Positions 37,073-43,925 of a DNA stretch of 64,000 nucleotides are shown piece after piece. Below the pieces are notes generated by a model that was not told the DNA's origin, ran no database searches, and saw only the letters and a list, made by a program, of their open reading frames with translations. This DNA comes from Dehalococcoidia bacterium (GTDB lineage Bacteria > Chloroflexota > Dehalococcoidia > Lucifugimonadales > Australimonadaceae), in NCBI GenBank assembly GCA_965116015.1, contig OZ220477.1, positions 781,704-845,703 on the forward strand, read 5' to 3'. Each line of letters begins with the position of its first letter. Position 1 is the first letter of the stretch. The position numbers and the translations under genes were made by a program.

Positions 37073-37374
37073 CGCTCCTTCCTCATACTGCAATCCCGCT
37101 TGCCAAAACCCTCTCCCGTCCCTCAACCCTGTTCCCGACCCAACTCCTGCCCGCCCCAGCCACAACCCCCCGGCCACCCAACGGCTCGCGCCCAACTCCC
37201 CCGAGCCCAGTCCTCGCCCGGAGACGACGCGCGCCGGCGCCGAAACCCTACAGCAACTCCCCCGTCCCCTCAACCAACCCCCTGGCCCCCTCCCCCCGCC
37301 GCCCCCCCCCCCAACCCCGCGACAGGGCAGGGGAGACTCCCTCGCGCCCCCTCCCCCCAGCTATCATAGCCCCC

Positions 37375-38352
37375 ATGAACCACCACAGACCCCCGCTATT
37401 CTCCGTCGGCGGAAGCTCCGGCCTCGGATGGCAAACCCTCCTCGACGTCTGCAAAACCTGCGAGCGCGCCGGCTACTTCGCCTTCTACCCATCCGACCAC
37501 CTCATGACCGTCCAGGCCGGCAAAGGACCCTCCCCAGACCGCCTCGACGCCCTCGCCGCGCTCGCCGCCCTCTCCGCCCACACCTCCACCCTCCGCCTCG
37601 GAGTCCTCGTCGCCAACAACCTCTTCCGACACCCCGTCGTCACCGCCAAAATCCTCAACACAATCGACCACGCATCCAACGGACGCGCAGAACTCGGCCT
37701 CGGCGCCGGATGGGCCCAACCCGAACACGACGCCCACGGATTCCCCTTCCCCCCGCCCCCTCAGCGCATCGACATGCTCGACGAAGCCCTCTCCGTCATC
37801 AAAGCCCTCTGGACCACCGAACCCGCCAACTTCAAAGGAACCTACTACAACCTCCGCGACGCCCCCCACATCCCCAAACCCATCCAGAAACCACACCCCC
37901 CCATCATCGTCGGAGGCATAAGCCCACGCACAATGCGCGTCGCACTCAAACACGCCGACGACTGGGACCAGATCGCCCCCATCCGGCAAGTCGCCCGCAA
38001 CATCCAGCGCTTCCGCGACCAAGCCGCCGAAAACAGACGCAACCTAACCCAAATGCGCTTCTCCGTCCAAACCCCATTCAACTTCGTCCAAACCCGCGCC
38101 CAAGCCAACCGCATCATCGACAACGCCATCGCCAGCCTCAACTACGGAGCCCAAAACCCCGCCCCCGGCTACAACAACCTCCGCGAACACATCGCCGACT
38201 CCCGACTCCTCGGATCCCCCGACGAAATCACCGACCAGATAGGCCGCTGGATCGACGCCGGAGTCAACCACTTCATCCTCACAACCCCGCGCCCCTTCTC
38301 CCCCGAACCCCTCGAAACCTTCATCGCCAAAGTCGCCCCAGCCTTCCGCTAA
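37375..38352 (+). CDS. Luciferase-like monooxygenase (LLM-class flavin/F420 oxidoreductase)
   Basis: 325 aa with LRLGVLVANNLFRHPVVTAK and NGRAELGLGAGW. Confidence 0.8.
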   Translation: MNHHRPPLFSVGGSSGLGWQTLLDVCKTCERAGYFAFYPSDHLMTVQAGKGPSPDRLDALAALAALSAHTSTLRLGVLVANNLFRHPVVTAKILNTIDHASNGRAELGLGAGWAQPEHDAHGFPFPPPPQRIDMLDEALSVIKALWTTEPANFKGTYYNLRDAPHIPKPIQKPHPPIIVGGISPRTMRVALKHADDWDQIAPIRQVARNIQRFRDQAAENRRNLTQMRFSVQTPFNFVQTRAQANRIIDNAIASLNYGAQNPAPGYNNLREHIADSRLLGSPDEITDQIGRWIDAGVNHFILTTPRPFSPEPLETFIAKVAPAFR

Positions 38353-38585
38353 CCCAACCCCCAACCCGCACCCACACACAGCGGACGCCCCCTCCATCGT
38401 CCCCCGGGAACGCGGAATGCGGACGCCCCTCAATGACCCCCCAACGCCCCCCAGAACAGGGCAGGGTAGGGACCCCAACGCGCCCCCGCGCCCCCTCAAA
38501 CCTGTCATCTTCGCGACACTTCCCCGTTGCGCCATACGCCACACCCCCCGTACCCTGTCCCTTATCCCCCCTCTCCTACGCCTCC

Positions 38586-38698
38586 CTGTCTCGCACTGTC
38601 TCGCATCCCTCTAACCCCCTCCGCCCCCTGTCTCATTTCGTCTCATTCCAGACCTGTTCCAGACCCAAAACAGACCTATCCCAGACCTGATCAGACCC
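38586..38698 (+). promoter_or_regulatory. Phased direct repeats: CTGTCTCGCA x2 / GTCTCAT x2, then CAGACC x5 at 11-bp spacing
   Basis: CAGACC starts at 38649, 38660, 38671, 38682 and 38692. The tandem CTGTCTCGCA copies start at 38586 and 38596. The cluster ends 37 nt upstream of the 38735 HTH gene. Confidence 0.55.
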
Positions 38699-38734
38699 GC
38701 CGCAACCCCCGATTCACGAGTGGAATGACACACT

Positions 38735-39169
38735 ATGGAACAAAATGAAACAGATTTCACAGAACCCACAGACTCCGAAGAACCCCTCTCCGACAGGCAA
38801 CTCCTGGCCCTCCCCTTCATCGCCGCCGCATCGCCATCCATCACCCAAGGAGCCAAAGCCGCCGGCATCGCACGCTCAACCCTCATCCGATGGCGCAGAG
38901 ACCCCCACTTCCGCGCCGAACTCGAACGCATGCGCAGCGAAGCCGCATCCCTCGCCTACACCGAACTCCAGGGACTCGTCCTCAAAAGCGTCAACTCCCT
39001 CGCCGAACTCCTCGAACACCAAAACCCCAGCGTCCGCCTCAGCGCCATCCGATCCGTCCTCAGCAGCGCCTTCAGAGCCAACGACCTCAACCAACTCTAC
39101 AACCGCTTCGACGTCATCGACAACTCCATCTCCCTCCTCAAAAACGAAACCATCCGCAAACCCCGCTAA
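38735..39169 (+). CDS. HTH-domain protein (144 aa)
   Basis: ITQGAKAAGIARSTLIRWRRDPHFRAELE resembles the HTH of small phage/plasmid-type DNA-binding proteins. Confidence 0.6.
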   Translation: MEQNETDFTEPTDSEEPLSDRQLLALPFIAAASPSITQGAKAAGIARSTLIRWRRDPHFRAELERMRSEAASLAYTELQGLVLKSVNSLAELLEHQNPSVRLSAIRSVLSSAFRANDLNQLYNRFDVIDNSISLLKNETIRKPR

Positions 39170-39259
39170 ACCCAACCTCCCGCCCCTCCAAACGCCCCCA
39201 CACCTCTACCTCCTCCCCGCAACAACCCAAACAACCCAGCTCCGAAAGGCGACCCCCCT

Positions 39260-39568
39260 ATGAAATCCTCCCTCCGCAGCATCGAACGCTACCTCATCGT
39301 CCAGATACTCCAGATCCGCCTCCAGCCCGTAGCCGACAACTTCGCCCAACGATGCGCCCACGCCATCGACAACAACAAACCATTCCCCGACATCATCGAC
39401 CTCATCCAGAACGCCGTCGCCGCCAGAGTCCCCGTCCTCGCCATCGCCCCCGTCGACAACTACCTCCAGAACTGCCAGCGCAAACGCGAGTATCCCGACC
39501 CCGACACCATCGTCCACAACATCGTCTTCGGCCTCAGCCTCGCCCGCCCCCACCTCCCCCCGCGCTAA
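39260..39568 (+). CDS. Hypothetical protein (102 aa)
   Basis: ORF with local codon bias, co-directional with the 38735 gene. No recognisable motif. Confidence 0.4.
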   Translation: MKSSLRSIERYLIVQILQIRLQPVADNFAQRCAHAIDNNKPFPDIIDLIQNAVAARVPVLAIAPVDNYLQNCQRKREYPDPDTIVHNIVFGLSLARPHLPPR

Positions 39569-39683
39569 CAACCAACTCCCATCCCCCAAACAAACCCCCG
39601 CCCAACCCCCCAAACCCCAACGACTACCCCCACAAACCAAACCCGCTATCATCCCTCCCGGCGCACAGCCAGGAGAACCACCA

Positions 39684-40643
39684 ATGACCAACACCCTCTT
39701 CAGCCTCGGCGGAAGCTCAGGCCTCGAATGGGCCGACTTCCTCCAAATATGCCAAACCTGCGACCAGCTCGGCTTCCACGCCTTCTACCCCTCCGACCAC
39801 CTTATGCAGATCCACCCCGGACGCGGCGCAACCCCCGCCCGCCTCGACGGCCTCACCGCTATGGCCGCAATCGCCGGTCACACCAAAAACCTCCGCCTCG
39901 GAATGCTCGTCATCAACAACAACCTCCGACACCCCGTCATCACCGCCAAAATCATCAACACCATCGACCACGCATCCAACGGACGCGCAGAAATGGGCAT
40001 CGGCTCAGGAAACGTCAAACACGAATTCGACGTCCACGGAATCCCATTCCCACCCTTCCCCGAACGAACCCAACGCCTCGACGAAGCCCTCTCCGTCATC
40101 AAAGCCATCTGGACCGACGAACCCGCAACCTTCAACGGAACCTACTACAACCTCAACCAAGCCCCCCAAATGCCCAAACCCATCCAAAAACCACACCCCC
40201 CCATCATCGTCGGCGGACGCGGCGACCAAACCCTCCGCATCGCCGCCAAGCACGCCAACGACTACAACCAGATCGCACCCCTCCAAGAAGCCAAAATCAA
40301 CCTCGCCCGTATGCAAACAATCTGCAACGAAACAGGCAAAGACATCTCCGCAATGCGACGCTCCATCCAGATACAGATCAACCTAACCGACGACAAAACC
40401 GCCGTCGAACAAACCATCGCCCGCGGCGCCGCCCTCGCCACCCAGCGCCCCGCCGCCCACTACGCCTCCCCCGAAGACCAGGCCCGCGACAGCATGCTCC
40501 TCGGATCCCCAGCCGAAATCGTCGACCAGCTCGGCCGCTGGACCGAAATCGGCGTCAACCACTTCATCCTCATGACCCCCAGACCATTCAACCCCGCCAT
40601 AATGGAACGCTTCGCCGCCCAAATCGCCCCCCACTTCCCCTAA
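39684..40643 (+). CDS. Luciferase-like monooxygenase (LLM class), paralog of 37375..38352
   Basis: 319 aa with LRLGMLVINNNLRHPVITAK and NGRAEMGIGSG. Colinear with the upstream paralog. Confidence 0.8.
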   Translation: MTNTLFSLGGSSGLEWADFLQICQTCDQLGFHAFYPSDHLMQIHPGRGATPARLDGLTAMAAIAGHTKNLRLGMLVINNNLRHPVITAKIINTIDHASNGRAEMGIGSGNVKHEFDVHGIPFPPFPERTQRLDEALSVIKAIWTDEPATFNGTYYNLNQAPQMPKPIQKPHPPIIVGGRGDQTLRIAAKHANDYNQIAPLQEAKINLARMQTICNETGKDISAMRRSIQIQINLTDDKTAVEQTIARGAALATQRPAAHYASPEDQARDSMLLGSPAEIVDQLGRWTEIGVNHFILMTPRPFNPAIMERFAAQIAPHFP

Positions 40644-41560
40644 CCCAACACCCACCCAACCCCCAGCCCCACAAAGAACGCCCAACCCCACCAACCCAAG
40701 CCCCCCCACCGCCCAAACTACCCCCACTCCCCCCTAACCCAATCCCAACCATCACCCACAGCCGCCGACCCACAAGAACGCCCAACCCCGCCAACCCCAG
40801 CCGCCCCCCAAGAACGCACAGCGCCGCCAACCCCAGCCAGCCCCCGCCCAAATCGCCCCTCACTTCCCCTAACCCCAACCCAACCCCCCAGCCGCCCTCG
40901 CAGAAACCACCCTCGCTCCTCCTCACCCAGCCCCAGCCCCCCAGCCACCGCCCCCACAAGAACGCAGCCACCGCCCAAATCGCCCCCCACTCCCCCTAAC
41001 CCAACACCCACCCAACCCCCAACCCCCAGCCCCACAAAGAACGCCCAACCCCACCAACCCCAGCCCCCCACCGCCCAAACTACCCCCACTCCCCCTAACC
41101 CAATCCCAGCCAACCCCCCAGCCGCCGACCCCACAGGAACGCGCAGCGCCGCCAACCCCAACCCGCCCCCGCAGAAACCAACCCCCCAACCCATACCCAG
41201 CCAGCTCCCCAGCCGCCGACCCCACAGGAACGCGCAGCGCCGCCAACCACCAACCCGCCGCCGCAGAAACCAACCCCCCAACCCAACCCCCAATCCCCCC
41301 AGCCGCCGACCCCACAGAAACGCGCAGCGCCGCCAACCCCAGCCCGCCCCCGCAGAACCACCCCCACAACCCATACCCAGACAGCTCCCCAGCCGCCGAC
41401 CCACAGGAACGCGCAACGCCGCCAACCCCAACCCGCCCCCGAAGAAACCGCCCCCACTTCCCCCAACCCAACCCCGGAGCCCCAGCCGCAGCACCCCCCA
41501 AGTAGAGAGCGCGCAACCCCAAGAGCGCCAAGCCCCCGCCAAACAACCCCGAAGCTCCCC
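40600..41560. repeat. ~940-bp non-coding C-rich satellite: 356-bp duplication including the LLM gene 3' end, plus four ~90-bp units
   Basis: CCGCCCAAATCGCCCC.CACT.CCCCTAACCC at 40615 (gene end), ~40849 and 40971. GCCGCCGACC(C)CACAG.AACGCGCA.CGCCGCCAACC at 41121, 41212, 41302 and 41392. Confidence 0.85.
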
Positions 41561-41578
41561 AGCCCCGAAACAGGAAAC

Positions 41579-42043
41579 CTACTTGCTCAGACCCATCCTC
41601 ACAACAACCTCAAACTCCGCCTCCGTCACCGGCGTTATCGACAACCGATTCCCCCGCCTCAGCACAACCATCTCCCCCAACTCCGGCTCCGACCGCAACT
41701 CATCAGCCGACACAATACCGTTGAACCTCTCATCCGCCCTGATATCCACCATCCACCAGATTGGCTTATCCGGAGTACTCTTCGGATCAGGATGATCCGA
41801 CCCCGGATCCCAAGCCGTGTGATCCGGATACCCCTCCCTCACAACCGTCGCCGTCCCCGCCACCCCGATCGGATTCGCGCTCGAATGCCAGAACAACACC
41901 CTATCCCCCGCCTTAATCGCATCCCGAAGCCAATTCCTCACCCGGAAATTCCGCACCCCGTCCCACTCGGCAACCCCATCCGCAACCAGATCATCATAGG
42001 AGTACGTCCCCGGCTCCGACTTGAACAGCCAGTAACTCGTCAT
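41579..42043 (-). CDS. EVE (PUA-like) domain protein
   Basis: Internal start MTSYWLFKSEPGTYSYDDLVADGVAEWDGVRNFRVRNWLRDAIKAGDRVLFWHS. Confidence 0.8.
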   Translation of the reverse strand: MTSYWLFKSEPGTYSYDDLVADGVAEWDGVRNFRVRNWLRDAIKAGDRVLFWHSSANPIGVAGTATVVREGYPDHTAWDPGSDHPDPKSTPDKPIWWMVDIRADERFNGIVSADELRSEPELGEMVVLRRGNRLSITPVTEAEFEVVVRMGLSK

Positions 42044-42286
42044 TGCCAGCCCTCCCGCAGAGTAGACCGCGAGTATAGCCCACCCCTCCCCGCGCTTGAC
42101 ATTCCCCCTCTCCATAGCCGCTAATGGAATACGGAACAGAGATTACCCAAATGGCCTCGAACACCCTGCGTCCCCCTCAGCCTCCCCCCTCAAACGGCGC
42201 CCCCTCTCGCCGGCGCCTCTCCCAAACCTCCGCCCAAAAGACGCCGCAACCTCCCCCGCTCGGCGCGAGCCAAACGCCATCCCCAT

Positions 42287-42442
42287 CCCCAACCTCCAGC
42301 GAACGTACCCCCTCGCCCAACCACACGCCCCCCTCGCTCAACCCAAGAACGCCCGCAAACCCACCCCCAACCTCCAGCGAACGTACCCCCTCAGCCAACC
42401 ACACGCCCCCCTCGCTCAACCCAAGAACGCCCGCAAACCCCT
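42287..42442. repeat. Tandem repeat, 2 x 78 bp
   Basis: CCCCAACCTCCAGCGAACGTACCCCCTC.GCC.AACCACACGCCCCCCTCGCTCAACCCAAGAACGCCCGCAAACC at 42287 and 42365. Confidence 0.8.
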
Positions 42443-42504
42443 CCTCCCCATCATCGCTCGCGCGAGCATTGCTCGGACTGCGCCCCCTGACCCCGAGCTC
42501 ATGG

Positions 42505-42915
42505 ATGACCCCCCGCGCCAACCCCTCGCGCCCGCCTCGATGGCGTCTCCTCCTCTCCATCGCCCTCGTCTACGCCCTCCTCCTGCCCCTCTACGGCTCC
42601 CTGATCTCCCCCGCATTCATCGAACTCCTCCCCAACCACGCCCACATCCACCCCAGCGGCCACCTCGCCCCGCATCTCCACTCCTACGAAACCCCGCCCG
42701 GCGCCCCCGACGACAGCAGCGGCGTATTCGCCATCCCCCCTGACAACGACGGATCCTCTGCCGGAGGCCTCGCCGCAGCCGCCCTCGCAGCCCTCATCCT
42801 CCTCGCAGCCCCCCCCCTCCTCCGACAAGTCCCCCCCCAGAGCCTCGCGCGGCTCGTCGCCGTAACCCTTCCCACAAGCCCTCCCCCTCCACGACTCGCC
42901 CCCCTCCTCAGCTGA
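42505..42915 (+). CDS. Small membrane protein with His-rich loop (HAHIHPSGHLAPHLH)
   Basis: In-frame ATG at 42505 inside ORF 42124..42915. Two TM segments flank the His cluster. Start and reality are uncertain. Confidence 0.4.
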   Translation: MTPRANPSRPPRWRLLLSIALVYALLLPLYGSLISPAFIELLPNHAHIHPSGHLAPHLHSYETPPGAPDDSSGVFAIPPDNDGSSAGGLAAAALAALILLAAPPLLRQVPPQSLARLVAVTLPTSPPPPRLAPLLS

Positions 42916-42936
42916 TTCCCTCCTCCAGGAGACGGG

Positions 42937-43491
42937 GTGAAGAAAAGAAATCTGCCCAGCTGGCGCATCGCGCCCGCTCGAGCAACCTTGCTCATAGCGC
43001 TCGTCCTGACCCTCAGCGTCGCCCCAGCGCACGCCCACGGACAACACGACCTCGAAGTCGAGCTCTTCCGCGGACCCTACGGCCCCTACGAGCTCTGGGT
43101 TACCGCCGTACCCCTCGTCGGATTCCTCGAAATCGCCGTCACCTTCCAACCAAACAACCCAGACGCAACGCTCGACTACAACCCAAGAGTCGTCGTAACC
43201 GCCGAACGCAACGGCCAGCGCCTCGGCCCCGGAACCGCCGCTCGCGCCTTCCTCGTAACCGCAAACGACTACTCAATCACCTTCGCTCCCGCATCCGCCG
43301 GAGAATGGCGCGTCCAAATCAACATCGACTCCGAGCGCAGCCCCGCCTCCCTCACACTCCCGGTCGACGTCGTCGCCGGGCGGGGATTCCCGTGGACAAC
43401 CCTCCTCGCAGGGCTCGGCCTGCTCCTCCCCATCCTCTGGCTGCTGTGGGGAGCCATCCGCCGGGCTCGCTCAGAAAGGCCAACGCCATGA
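42937..43491 (+). CDS. Secreted protein with C-terminal TM anchor
   Basis: Signal peptide ...SVAPAHAHG, GTG start after AGGAGA, beta-rich body and a terminal TM helix. Confidence 0.6.
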   Translation: MKKRNLPSWRIAPARATLLIALVLTLSVAPAHAHGQHDLEVELFRGPYGPYELWVTAVPLVGFLEIAVTFQPNNPDATLDYNPRVVVTAERNGQRLGPGTAARAFLVTANDYSITFAPASAGEWRVQINIDSERSPASLTLPVDVVAGRGFPWTTLLAGLGLLLPILWLLWGAIRRARSERPTP

Positions 43492-43916
43492 CAACCACCC
43501 AATCGGCTACCCCCGCCACCCCCAGCGCCCCCATCGCGCTCGCCATCGCCATCATCGCCGCCGCCCTCGCGCTTGCCGCATGCGGCGGCGCAGAGCCCCA
43601 GTTCCACATATTCAACCTCGCAACAACGCACGGCAAGCTCGCAAGCGGAAACGACGCCTTCGTCGTAAACCAGGGAGACGACGTCGCCTTCAACGTCTCC
43701 TCCGACTCCCCCGGAGTATTCCACATCCACGGCTACGACCTGCGCGCAAGGGTTGAAGCAGGCGGCAGCGGCCAGATCAAGTTCGATGCCGGCGCCACCG
43801 GCAGATTCGAGATCGCCTTCCACCCCGCAGACGCCGCCCACCATATGACCGATATGGACGGGATGACAGGCGAACCAGACATCGTCATCGCATGGCTCGA
43901 AGTGCAGCCCGGATAG
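43488..43916 (+). CDS. Cupredoxin-like lipoprotein
   Basis: ATG overlaps the upstream stop (ATGA). Lipobox LALAACGG, then GVFHIHGYD...FEIAFHP. Confidence 0.6.
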   Translation: MTTTQSATPATPSAPIALAIAIIAAALALAACGGAEPQFHIFNLATTHGKLASGNDAFVVNQGDDVAFNVSSDSPGVFHIHGYDLRARVEAGGSGQIKFDAGATGRFEIAFHPADAAHHMTDMDGMTGEPDIVIAWLEVQPG

Positions 43917-43925
43917 CGAACCGCA

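Noticed and set aside
2921-38472. GGGNAGGG copies acting as FtsK-orienting KOPS.
   Set aside because: The octamer matches the E. coli consensus. However, the copies sit in extended conserved contexts and hairpins, partly in tandem arrays. The complementary CCCTNCCC is trivially frequent on this C-rich strand, so polarity cannot be judged by eye. A REP-like element is the more economical reading.
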